Shown: positions 43,348 to 52,530, counted from the stretch's first letter. The stretch is DNA of 64,000 bases from Anaerolineales bacterium (GCA_034432755.1 DAOUBQ010000015.1:26400-90399); one strand, 5' to 3'. The notes: a model not told the origin generated them from the letters alone. Numbers and translations are program-made.

Positions 43348-44213
43348 ATTTCCAGGGACAGCCACGAGCGATTGCCTCGTACATGCTCAAGCATAGTACC
43401 GGCATTGTTTTGGTGGAATCAGGTCCTGGTTCCACCATCCCCGCATTGGAGAAAGCCCTCGCGGCGCATGGATACACCCTGCGCGACATCACCCACCTCT
43501 TCTTGACCCACATCCACCTCGACCATGCCGGGGCGGCTGGTTTTCTCGCCTCGCTAGGCGCGCAGGTCTTTGTCCACCCGGTTGGCGCGCCGCACCTGCT
43601 CAACCCCGAAAAACTGATTGCCAGCGCCACCCGCATCTACGGCGACCTGATGCAGCCGCTATGGGGTGACTTCCTGCCCGTCCCTGCAGACAAACTGACC
43701 ATCCTCGATGATAATCAGGAAGTGGTGGTGGGTCATCTGCGGCTGGTCGCGCTCAACACGCCCGGACACGCCGAACACCATTTTGCTTACCAGTTCGAGG
43801 ATTTATGCTTCAGCGGCGATGTGGGCGCGGTGCGCATTCCCGGCCACCTCTACATGCGCCTGCCCATGCCCCCGCCAGAATTTCACCTCGAAAAATGGCG
43901 CGAGAGCGTTCTGCGCTTGCAAAAGGCCGGCCTCAAGCGGATTGCCCCGACTCACTTTGGCATTTTTGAAGATGTCGAGTGGCATCTCCAGACGATTTTG
44001 CGCAATCTCGACGAAGTGGAACGCTGGCTGCTCGAAACCATGCCTGCCGAACCGACAGCGGATGAATTACGAGCCAAATTTGTAGGCTGGATGGAAGCGC
44101 AAGGGCGCGCCGAAGGCCTGAGCGATGAAGAAATTGATACCTACCGCCTCGCCAACCCCCTCGCCATGAGCGCGGATGGGTTGCAGCGATATTGGAAAAA
44201 GTTTCGGGCGTGA
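43314..44213 (+). CDS. metallo-beta-lactamase-fold hydrolase
   Basis: THIHLDHAG motif. The TTG start overlaps the DUF58 gene; alternative ATG 43383. Confidence 0.85.
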   Translation: MAVNFVIPLDLNFQGQPRAIASYMLKHSTGIVLVESGPGSTIPALEKALAAHGYTLRDITHLFLTHIHLDHAGAAGFLASLGAQVFVHPVGAPHLLNPEKLIASATRIYGDLMQPLWGDFLPVPADKLTILDDNQEVVVGHLRLVALNTPGHAEHHFAYQFEDLCFSGDVGAVRIPGHLYMRLPMPPPEFHLEKWRESVLRLQKAGLKRIAPTHFGIFEDVEWHLQTILRNLDEVERWLLETMPAEPTADELRAKFVGWMEAQGRAEGLSDEEIDTYRLANPLAMSADGLQRYWKKFRA

Positions 44214-44232
44214 AATCTGCACGAAAGACTGA

Positions 44233-45039
44233 CTAATTGTCTTTCATTTTTACGTAAAACAACGTCGAACCGTCAATTTCTTGGGTTTTCATTTCAAAAA
44301 AATCTTTCAGGCTGGTCACCAGCCGCGAGAGTTGTTTCTGACCGTAGGTGCGCGGGTCGAAGCCAGGGTCGAGTTGGTAGAGGGCGTTGCCCATGTGGTC
44401 GAGCCGCGCCCAACCGTCTTCTTGCACGGCAATCTCGTAGGCTTTTTCGAGAATCGGCATGGGGTCGGGCTCTTCTTTTTCTTCTTTATCGTTCTTCTTT
44501 TTATCGGCTGCCGGTTTGCGCAACCGTTCTTTTTGCTTTTTAGTCTCTGTCACCAGGTTTTCGGTGTAGACGAACACATCGCAGGCGTTCACAAAGGGTT
44601 TGGGCGTTTTCTTCTCGCCGATTCCCATCACAAAGACGCCCGTTTCACGAATCCGGGTTGCCAGGCGGGTGTAGTCACTATCGGAGGAAACCAGGCAGAA
44701 GCCGTTGACCACCCCACTGTGTAGAATGTCCATCGCGTCAATAATCATCGCACTGTCGGTGGCATTTTTGCCGATGGTGTAGCGGAACTGTTGGATGGGC
44801 TGGATGGCGTGGTAGTTGAGGACATCCTTCCACGAGTTCATGCTGGGTGTTGTCCAGTCGCCATAAATGCGCCGTACCGTCACCATGCCATATTTGCCCG
44901 CCTCCACCAGCATTTGCGGGAACAGGCTGGCCTGCGCGTTATCGCCGTCAATCAGCATGGCGATTTTGTGTCTTGCTATGTTAGAAATTTGTTCTTCAGG
45001 CATAAAGCCATTATACTTGTTCCAGCGGTACTTTACCAA
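44233..45039 (-). CDS. NYN (LabA-like) ribonuclease-domain protein with a C-terminal OST-HTH/LOTUS domain
   Basis: IAMLIDGDNAQ...VRRIYGDW...LVSSDSDYTRLATRIRE (NYN), a K/E-rich linker and a C-terminal ~70-aa LOTUS-like domain. Confidence 0.85.
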   Translation of the reverse strand: MVKYRWNKYNGFMPEEQISNIARHKIAMLIDGDNAQASLFPQMLVEAGKYGMVTVRRIYGDWTTPSMNSWKDVLNYHAIQPIQQFRYTIGKNATDSAMIIDAMDILHSGVVNGFCLVSSDSDYTRLATRIRETGVFVMGIGEKKTPKPFVNACDVFVYTENLVTETKKQKERLRKPAADKKKNDKEEKEEPDPMPILEKAYEIAVQEDGWARLDHMGNALYQLDPGFDPRTYGQKQLSRLVTSLKDFFEMKTQEIDGSTLFYVKMKDN

Positions 45040-45145
45040 AACTTTACACAGACTTTATGCAGGCTTCGCGTGGCTGTCCTATACTCATCGTGTCGCGGGC
45101 TTCACCCGGCCCAATTTTTAAACGAAGTTACGCAATTGCCTTTTT

Positions 45146-45826
45146 ATGACGAAAATCCTCATCATTGACGACGAACCATCTATCTTGAACCTGGTTTCGG
45201 CCTATCTTAAACCCGAAGGCTACGAAGTCTACACTGCCGCCGATGGCCCCTCTGGCCTGAAGGCCGCCAAAGCCTACAAACCCGACCTGGTGGTGCTGGA
45301 CCTGATGCTGCCCGGCATGGACGGTCTCGAACTGCTCAGCCGCCTGCGCCGCGAATCGGATGTCTACGTCATCTTACTGACCGCCCGCACCGAGGAAACC
45401 GATAAAATCGTCGGCTTATCGGTCGGGGCCGATGATTATGTCACCAAACCGTTCAGCCCGCGAGAGCTGGTAGCGCGCATTAAAGCCGCGTTGCGCCGTC
45501 TTAAGACGGGAGCAGGTTCTGGCGGTGATGAAATTCTGTCCTTCAAGCGCGTGCGAATTGACGTGGGCGCGCGCATCGTCACAGTGGACGATGCCCCCGT
45601 TGAGTTGACCGCCATCGAATTTGACCTGCTCAAAGCCCTGGCCGAAAATCGCGGGCGGGTTCTCACCCGCGAACAATTGCTCGATAAAGTTTGGGGCGGC
45701 AGTTACTACGGTGAAATGCGGGTTGTTGATGTCCACCTCGGCCACGTCCGCCAAAAACTGGGCGATGACAGCCTGATTAGCACCGTGCGCGGCGTTGGCT
45801 ACCGCTTCGAGGATGAACCACTGTGA
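45146..45826 (+). CDS. OmpR-family response regulator
   Basis: ILIIDDEP...DLVVLDLMLPGMDG receiver plus a winged-helix domain (LTAIEFDLLKALAEN...VRGVGYRF). Confidence 0.95.
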   Translation: MTKILIIDDEPSILNLVSAYLKPEGYEVYTAADGPSGLKAAKAYKPDLVVLDLMLPGMDGLELLSRLRRESDVYVILLTARTEETDKIVGLSVGADDYVTKPFSPRELVARIKAALRRLKTGAGSGGDEILSFKRVRIDVGARIVTVDDAPVELTAIEFDLLKALAENRGRVLTREQLLDKVWGGSYYGEMRVVDVHLGHVRQKLGDDSLISTVRGVGYRFEDEPL

Positions 45827-46929
45827 AATCCATCCAGTTCAAACTGCTGCTCTCTTATCTCGCCGTGTTGTTGATTGGCGTCGTCGTGCTGCTGCTGGCC
45901 GCGCAATTGATTGCGCCCAGCGCCTATTCGCGCCACATGATGGGCGAAATGCCCATGCCCGGCATGGGGCCGGGGCGCGGCATGGGGGCTGGAGGGCCGG
46001 GGCTGGCGAACTTCCGCGCCGGCATGTTCGAGGCCCTCGGCTACGCTATCGGCGCGGCCCTGCTGGCCGCTGTCGCAGTCAGTATCTTCCTCAGCCGCCG
46101 CATCGTCTCCCCGTTGGAAAAAATGGCCGCCGCCTCCCAGCGCATCGCCGCCGGACATTATGACGAGCGCGTCAGCATCGAAGGCGCCGATGAAATTGCT
46201 GAACTTGGCGCGCGCTTCAACCAGATGACCGAAAAACTCGAAAGCACCGAAACCATGCGCCGCCGCCTGATTGGCGACGTGAGCCACGAACTGCGCACCC
46301 CGCTCACCGCCATCAAAGGCTACATGGAAGGCTTGATAGACGGCGTGTTGCCCCCCAGCGCCGAAACTTTCGAGCAGGTCCACCGCGAGGCCGACCGGCT
46401 AGGGCGGCTGGTGGATGACTTGCAGGAACTCAGCCGGGTGGAAGCGGGCGCTTTTATTTTGGATATTCACCCGGTACACCTGACTGACCTTGTGCAAACC
46501 ACCGTCAAACGGCTTTTACCCGCTTACGGAAAAAAAACTGTCCAACTCCACTGGAGCCTGCCTGCTGACCTGCCACTGGTCCTGGCGGATGAAGACCGGC
46601 TGATACAGGTCCTCACCAACCTGCTCGCCAACGCCCTGATGTATACCCCCGCCTCTGGAACAGTGACTGTGACCGCCGCGCAGGTCGGCGGCGAGGTGCA
46701 GGTTTCTGTTAAAGATACCGGCATTGGCATCCCACCAGAGAGCCTGCCCCACATCTTCGACCGCTTCTACCGGGTTGATAAATCCCGCTCGCGTGGCGCG
46801 GGCGGCGGCTCTGGCATCGGCCTGACGATTGCCAAAGCCATCATTGAAGTGCACGGCGGCAAAATTTGGGCCGAATCGGAGGGGGAAGGCCGGGGCAGCA
46901 CATTCACATTCACCTTACAATCGGCTTAA
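45823..46929 (+). CDS. sensor histidine kinase (TM-HAMP-HisKA-HATPase)
   Basis: H-box VSHELRTPLTAI, N-box NLLANAL, G-boxes DTGIGI and GSGIGL. Overlaps the regulator gene by 4 nt. Confidence 0.93.
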   Translation: MKSIQFKLLLSYLAVLLIGVVVLLLAAQLIAPSAYSRHMMGEMPMPGMGPGRGMGAGGPGLANFRAGMFEALGYAIGAALLAAVAVSIFLSRRIVSPLEKMAAASQRIAAGHYDERVSIEGADEIAELGARFNQMTEKLESTETMRRRLIGDVSHELRTPLTAIKGYMEGLIDGVLPPSAETFEQVHREADRLGRLVDDLQELSRVEAGAFILDIHPVHLTDLVQTTVKRLLPAYGKKTVQLHWSLPADLPLVLADEDRLIQVLTNLLANALMYTPASGTVTVTAAQVGGEVQVSVKDTGIGIPPESLPHIFDRFYRVDKSRSRGAGGGSGIGLTIAKAIIEVHGGKIWAESEGEGRGSTFTFTLQSA

Positions 46930-47106
46930 ACGCATCTTGAAATTTGTTCAGGTGACTTGAAAACTGATGAGTGGTGTGCAAAAATAAAAATGCACACGAG
47001 AAAGGGCAAAACCGGGGAAACCCGGCGGCGCAAATGATGGGTCTAAACCCAGCGCAAATTCATTCTATGGCTGGTCAAGATTGCCACACTGCCCGAATGT
47101 GCAAAT

Positions 47107-47143
47107 CCCTGCCGTTGGAGAAATCCAGCGGCAGGTTATTTTT
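47107..47143 (+). terminator. orphan hairpin plus T-run about 180 nt past the kinase stop
   Basis: CCCTGCCGTTGG / CCAGCGGCAGG followed by TTATTTTTA. Confidence 0.55.
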
Positions 47144-47242
47144 ATGCCACATCGGCTTTGTTTGCGCTCATCAGGTGTCTGAACACCTACAGGGTGACGT
47201 ACAGGACCAGAAAAAACAGCGTAGTCCGCCTCCCAACGGCGC

Positions 47243-49471
47243 TTAAATTTTGCCCAGCGCCCGCAGCACACGCTCCGGCGTGAGCGGGAATTCGTCTATC
47301 CACACGCCGGTTGCCTCGTGGATGGCGGCGGTGATGGCCGGGGCCAGCGGCAGGTAGGGCAATTCACCCACACCCTTTGCGCCCCACGGGCCGATTTCGG
47401 CGGGGATTTCCACGATCACCGATTCGACCTTCTCCGGGATGTCCCAAATGGTGGGAAGGAGGTAGGTGCTGAACTGGTCGGTCAGCACATGACCGCCTTT
47501 GGTAATGAGATTTTCCTGAATGACATAGCCCTGGGCTTGCACGATACCCCCTTCGATTTGCCCCACCACCAGGTCGGGGTTGATGGCTTTGCCCACATCA
47601 TGCGCTGAAACAACCCGAATCAGCCGTACATGCCCGGTTTCGGTATCCACTTCCACTTCCACCGCCTGGGCGGCATACGCATACATGAAGTTGGGGGTAC
47701 AGTAACCGGTTTCCGGGTCAAAAGGCGTGGTGGGCGGGGCCAGGTAGGTATATTCGGCCATTGCGGGGCGTTCCTCGTTTTTCCATTTTTCGAGCGCCAA
47801 TTCTGCCGCGCCCTTCACCGCGTTGCCCGACATCACCGTCAGCCGCGAGGCCGAAGCCGAACCGGCGTTGCCCATGTTGAGCGTATCCATGACCACCATG
47901 TTCACCGTTTCAAGCGGCGTGCCAACCACCTCGGCAGCCATTTGGGCCAGGATGGTGTGATTGCCCTGACCCACCTCCGCCGATGCGCACCAGACCGTGA
48001 CCGATTCTATCTCGGCCTTGCCCTGGATTTCGACCCGCGCCCAACAGTTTTCTTTGTAGCCAAAACTGAAGCCGATATTCTTGAACCCGGCCGCAAAGCC
48101 GCGCCCTCTTTTAACGGGTGACTGATGACTGCTCACTGATGACTGCCCCCACCCAAATTTCTGCACTGCCGCCTCGATGACCTCCAACACTGTCGGTTTG
48201 TTGGGCGGCAGCGTGCCGACCGACATGGTATCGGTCTCTTTGAGGGCGTTAATGCGTCGGATTTCGACCGGGTCCATGCCCAATTTTTCGGCCAGTTTGT
48301 TCATTTGGCTTTCGGCCATAAAAGCCGCCTGTGGTGCGCCAAACCCGCGAAACGCCGCGCCCGGCACGTTGTTGGTGTAGACCCCAATCACGTCGCCCTT
48401 AATATTTGGGATGAAGTAAGGCCCGCTTTCGGTGATGGTAGAGTTGCCCAAGACCTTGTTGGTGGTGTACATATACGCGCCGCCATCGGCAATAAAGGTG
48501 TTTTCGGCGGCGGTCAATTTGCCGTCTTTGCGTGCGCCCCATTTGGCATGAATGACCATCGCGTGGCGTTTGGCGTGTCCAACAATCGATTCCTGACGCG
48601 ACCAGATGATTTTGACGGGGCGCTTCAACTTCCAGGCGGCCAGGGCGATGACAATTTGGATGGACATATCTTCTCGCCCGCCAAATGCGCCGCCAATGGC
48701 CGGGTATTGCACCCGCACCTGCTCCGCCGGCAGCCCCAGCGCGTGGGCAATTTGTTTCTGGTCAACATGAGTCCATTGCCCGGCGGCTTTCACCGTCAGC
48801 AGGCCGTTTTCGTCTATATAAGCGAGACCGGCTTCTGGTTGGAGATAGGCATGTTCTTGCATCGGCACGCGGTATACCGCATCTACAATCACATCGGCCT
48901 CAGCAAAGCCCTTTTCTACATCGCCTTTGCGGATTTTATCGTGAACGCAAATGTTGCTCGCGCTGATTTCGGGGTGGATGGGGAACGCGCCGGGCTGCAT
49001 GGCTTCTTCGGGGCTGGTTAGCACCGGTAAATCTTCGTATTCCACCCGAATCAGTTTACGCGCCTTGGCCGCAATTTCCTCCGTTTCGGCCACAATCAGC
49101 GCCACCTGGTCACCCACAAAGCGGACGATCGCTGGATCAACCCTCGACCCCCTCCCTGGCCCTCCCCCAATTTCGGAGACATTGGGGGAGGGTGGGGTGG
49201 GGGTCGGCCCGCACAACACCGGCTGGTCATTAATTTGCAGCCCATACTCATTGACCGGCACGTCCTTGGCGGTGAAAATTGCCACAACGCCAGGCAATGC
49301 TTCGGCGGCGGAGGTGTCTATACTCAAAATGCGAGCGTGCGGACGCCCGGCGAACAGGATTTTTGCGTGTAACATGCCCGGCATGACCAGGTCGCCCGAA
49401 TACTCGGTCTGGCCGGTCACTTTGCCGTAGGCATCAATCCGCGCGGCGGGGGTTCCAACGATTGTAGTCAT
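47243..49471 (-). CDS. xanthine dehydrogenase / aldehyde oxidase family molybdopterin-binding large subunit
   Basis: N-terminus GTPAARIDAYGKVTGQTEYSGD, GGAFGGRED, VGELPYLPLAPAI. No adjacent 2Fe-2S or FAD subunit genes. Confidence 0.92.
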   Translation of the reverse strand: MTTIVGTPAARIDAYGKVTGQTEYSGDLVMPGMLHAKILFAGRPHARILSIDTSAAEALPGVVAIFTAKDVPVNEYGLQINDQPVLCGPTPTPPSPNVSEIGGGPGRGSRVDPAIVRFVGDQVALIVAETEEIAAKARKLIRVEYEDLPVLTSPEEAMQPGAFPIHPEISASNICVHDKIRKGDVEKGFAEADVIVDAVYRVPMQEHAYLQPEAGLAYIDENGLLTVKAAGQWTHVDQKQIAHALGLPAEQVRVQYPAIGGAFGGREDMSIQIVIALAAWKLKRPVKIIWSRQESIVGHAKRHAMVIHAKWGARKDGKLTAAENTFIADGGAYMYTTNKVLGNSTITESGPYFIPNIKGDVIGVYTNNVPGAAFRGFGAPQAAFMAESQMNKLAEKLGMDPVEIRRINALKETDTMSVGTLPPNKPTVLEVIEAAVQKFGWGQSSVSSHQSPVKRGRGFAAGFKNIGFSFGYKENCWARVEIQGKAEIESVTVWCASAEVGQGNHTILAQMAAEVVGTPLETVNMVVMDTLNMGNAGSASASRLTVMSGNAVKGAAELALEKWKNEERPAMAEYTYLAPPTTPFDPETGYCTPNFMYAYAAQAVEVEVDTETGHVRLIRVVSAHDVGKAINPDLVVGQIEGGIVQAQGYVIQENLITKGGHVLTDQFSTYLLPTIWDIPEKVESVIVEIPAEIGPWGAKGVGELPYLPLAPAITAAIHEATGVWIDEFPLTPERVLRALGKI
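48116..48150. repeat. 7-nt array inside the Mo-hydroxylase gene
   Basis: ACTG recurs at 48121/48128/48135/48142 (gggtgac tgatgac tgctcac tgatgac tgccccc). Encodes ...GQSSVSSHQSPV... Confidence 0.8.
49141..49207. repeat. GC-rich palindromic element embedded in frame in the Mo-hydroxylase gene
   Basis: ccctcgaccccctccctggccctcccccaat ttcggagac attgggggagggtggggtgggggtcgg. Encodes ...GPTPTPPSPNVSEIGGGPGRGSRVDP... Confidence 0.75.
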
Positions 49472-49481
49472 CGTTTTTCTC

Positions 49482-52403
49482 CTATAACACTTTTTTCACA
49501 TCCAGGAAACCTTGGCGCTCTTTATTGGCCTTTTCAATGGCTTCTGCGGCGCCCAGCACCACCACCTCGCCGTTTTGGGCGACCTGTTCTAGCACTTCGG
49601 CAAAACCCTTGAAGTCGGAAAGTTTCGTCCCAAGCACTTCGTCACGGATTTTTTGGCGTTCTTCGTCGGTGTAATGGGTCAGGTGGCGGGCCATGCTGGT
49701 CCAGCCTTTAGCGTCGGGCAGCAGGTAGGCGTCCAGGTCGCCGATGGTGCCGATGATGGATTTGGTCAGTTCGGATTCGTCCAGCTCGAGGTTGCGCAGG
49801 AACTTGACGGTGTTGTCGTAATTTTCGAGCGTAGGCAGGATGTTCGGGTCTCGGTAGCTGAGGAAGGTGAACGTGCCAGAAGGCATGTCGAACTGGCTGA
49901 AGCCGCCATAGGCGCCGCCCTGCACTCGGATTTTATCCCACAGCCAGGTGGTGCCGAGGTAGCGGTTGATGACGTTGACCGACCCGTTTGGCTCGTAACC
50001 CAGGGCATACAGGTTTGCGCCTTTGCCCACATAATTGACCTGAGCGGGGATGGTGAGGCCTTCGTTCGCCAGTTTTCCAGTTGTCCGGTTTGCCGGTTGT
50101 TCGGTTGAATTGGATAACCGATGAACTGGTAAACTGGTCAACAGATTTTCCAGCCCTGGCGCGATGGTTTGGTAGGAAGCGGCGTCGGTCGTGACGTTGA
50201 CCACCATTCCGGCGCGGTTGATGAGCAACTCGCGCGTTTTCTCCAGCCTGGCCAGCACCGAATTCCAGTCGGTTTCGATGTCTTCGGCCAGCTGGCGCAG
50301 GAAGAACAGGTTTTCGAGGCCGCCGACTTGCTCGGAGACCCAATCGGCCTCGCTAAAACGGGCCCGCAGGCGGCTGTTGACCACGCGATGTCCGCCCGGA
50401 ATTAGCCCGGCTTCGGCCCCGGCTTTTTCTTCCAGCACAATTTGTTTGAAGCGTTCACGGTCATCGAGTTTGGCGGTCAGCAGCACATCGCGCAGGATGT
50501 CGAGCAGTTCGCCCGATTTTTCGAGGGTCGCTTTGCCGCGCAGGAAGAAGTACAGCGCAGAATCCCGGCTGTTGCGGATGGTGGAAATCAGCGCGCCCGG
50601 CCAGATTCCGCCGGTGCTTTTGCCAATGCGCTGGGTCAGGGCCACATAATCCTGCGTTTTCGTTCCCATCTGGAGCAGGACGCGCCCCATCAGGCCGAGG
50701 AAGGGCAGCAGGTTGGCGGCTTTATCTCCCGCAGCGGGGAGCAGGGGGTGCAGGTCGAAGCCCAGGTCGAGATAGACGAGACCATTGGTCGGCAGGTTGT
50801 GGGTGAGCAGTTTCGCGCCTGCCAGTTTGCCCACTTCGATGGGGATGGTCTTTGCTTTTGGGTCAATATCTGAAATTTTCAGGGCGGGGATGGTTGCCAG
50901 GGCTTCGGGGCTATCGGGGGTTTCCTGGTGCTTTTTGAGCGCGGCCACCTCGGCAATCAGGGTTTCGATTTGTTCGGGCGACATGCCGGCTTTGGCCTGC
51001 TCCAGGCGCGCGGTTTCGGCGTCGGCGCGGCGCTTGCCTTCGTTGGGGTCAGGCATGAGGTGAACGGTGACGCGGTGCGGATTTTCGAGCAGGTGACGGC
51101 GAATCAGTTCCTCAAAGTAGCCTTTGGGTTGGCTCTTCACGGTTTGCAGCGGAGTCTCAAAGGCCAGCCCGCTAAAGGGGTCGCCGTCATGCAGCCAGGA
51201 GGTTAGGGCATTGAGCATCAGAAATAGACCGCGCGGGAAGCGGCCAGTGTTTTGTTCGCGCAGGCGGAATTCGATGGTGTTGAGCGATGCTGCCACGGTT
51301 TCAGGGTCAATTCCGTTTTCGGCCAGCGTTGTTAACGTCTCGTGGATGACGGCTTCCACTTTTGCCAGATTTTCTGGCGCAACGCCTTTCAGCCCGGCAG
51401 AAAAATAGCCCTGGCGCAGTTCTTCCTGGTAGCCGCCGGTCACATCTTCGCCCAGGCCGCTATCGAGCAGGGCTTTTTTGAGCGGCGAGGCCGGCGTGGC
51501 AAGCAGGATATGCGACAGGATGGACAGCGACAGTGTGGTCTGCACGTCTGTCGATTCGGGCATCAGCCAGTTGACGGCGATGTAGGCTTTGGCATCGGGG
51601 GAATCGCCGGAATCGTAGGGATGAACCACGCGCCGCGGTTCGTTCCACAACGGCTGGAGCGGGAGGGCCGAATCCACTTCTTTGCGCTCGAAGGTCTCCA
51701 GCCAGGCATCGAGCAGGCGCAGGCGTTCCTCTTCAGGATCGTCGCCGTAAAAATAGAGATAAGCGTTGGAGGGGTGGTAGTAGGTCTCGTGGAAGGCTTT
51801 GAACTCGGCATAGGTCAGGTTGGGGATGACCGCCGGGTCGCCGCCGGAGTTGAGTCCGTAGGGCGTATCGGGGTAGAGCGACTGTTGGGAGATTTCGCCG
51901 AGCAGGTCATCGGGTGAGGAGAGAGCGCCTTTCATCTCGTTGAAAACCACGCCTTTAAAGGTCAGCGGGTCTTCGGGCGTTTCCATTTCGTAATGCCAGC
52001 CCTCTTGCTGAAGCGTGCGCTCCGGGATGAGCGGGTATAGCACTGCGTCGAGATAGACATCCACCAGGTTATAGAAATCTTTCAGGTTGGTGCTTGCCAC
52101 CGGGTAGCATGTTTTATCGGGGTAGGTAAAGGCATTCAGAAAGGTGTTCAGCGAGCTCTTGGCGAGTTCGATGAACGGCTCTTTGACCGGGTATTTGCGC
52201 GACCCGCACAAGACAGAATGCTCCATGATGTGAGCAATGCCGTTCGAGGTCTGCGGCGGGGTGCGAAAGGTAATTCCAAACACCTTGTTCTCGTCGCTGT
52301 TGACGACCGAGAGCAGCCGCGCGCCGGTCTTCTCGTGTTGGTAGAGTTTGGCAGTGGACGCAATTTCGGGGATATGGCGTTCTTGAAGGAGGGTGAAGGG
52401 CAT
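49482..52403 (-). CDS. M16-family zinc metallopeptidase, PreP/M16C-like (~970 aa)
   Basis: ORF 49482..52508 trimmed to ATG 52401-52403. Inverted zinc motif HIMEHSVLCGS. Stop lies 10 nt upstream of the Mo-hydroxylase start. Confidence 0.92.
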   Translation of the reverse strand: MPFTLLQERHIPEIASTAKLYQHEKTGARLLSVVNSDENKVFGITFRTPPQTSNGIAHIMEHSVLCGSRKYPVKEPFIELAKSSLNTFLNAFTYPDKTCYPVASTNLKDFYNLVDVYLDAVLYPLIPERTLQQEGWHYEMETPEDPLTFKGVVFNEMKGALSSPDDLLGEISQQSLYPDTPYGLNSGGDPAVIPNLTYAEFKAFHETYYHPSNAYLYFYGDDPEEERLRLLDAWLETFERKEVDSALPLQPLWNEPRRVVHPYDSGDSPDAKAYIAVNWLMPESTDVQTTLSLSILSHILLATPASPLKKALLDSGLGEDVTGGYQEELRQGYFSAGLKGVAPENLAKVEAVIHETLTTLAENGIDPETVAASLNTIEFRLREQNTGRFPRGLFLMLNALTSWLHDGDPFSGLAFETPLQTVKSQPKGYFEELIRRHLLENPHRVTVHLMPDPNEGKRRADAETARLEQAKAGMSPEQIETLIAEVAALKKHQETPDSPEALATIPALKISDIDPKAKTIPIEVGKLAGAKLLTHNLPTNGLVYLDLGFDLHPLLPAAGDKAANLLPFLGLMGRVLLQMGTKTQDYVALTQRIGKSTGGIWPGALISTIRNSRDSALYFFLRGKATLEKSGELLDILRDVLLTAKLDDRERFKQIVLEEKAGAEAGLIPGGHRVVNSRLRARFSEADWVSEQVGGLENLFFLRQLAEDIETDWNSVLARLEKTRELLINRAGMVVNVTTDAASYQTIAPGLENLLTSLPVHRLSNSTEQPANRTTGKLANEGLTIPAQVNYVGKGANLYALGYEPNGSVNVINRYLGTTWLWDKIRVQGGAYGGFSQFDMPSGTFTFLSYRDPNILPTLENYDNTVKFLRNLELDESELTKSIIGTIGDLDAYLLPDAKGWTSMARHLTHYTDEERQKIRDEVLGTKLSDFKGFAEVLEQVAQNGEVVVLGAAEAIEKANKERQGFLDVKKVL
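50069..50140. repeat. 8-nt-period array (CC(A/G)GTTNN) inside the M16 peptidase gene
   Basis: ccagtttt ccagttgt ccggtttg ccggttgt tcggttga attggata accgatga actggtaa actggtca. Encodes ...SLPVHRLSNSTEQPANRTTGKLA... Confidence 0.75.
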
Positions 52404-52530
52404 GGCAGGCTCCTGATGAGTGAGGCGTGAGAATAATTTATAAACAGCGCAGAACTGTGTAAAATTGCCTTCTTTGAGAAGTTTACCAGAGAAAATCAGC
52501 CCCGTCACTGTTCAATCAAGCGAGCCTGCC

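Noticed and set aside
41065-44213. MoxR-DUF58-MBL as a novel system
   Set aside because: MoxR plus DUF58 is a very common housekeeping-type pair. The absence of the usual downstream vWA/BatA genes and the overlap with an MBL-fold gene are noted. They are not enough to argue for a new system.
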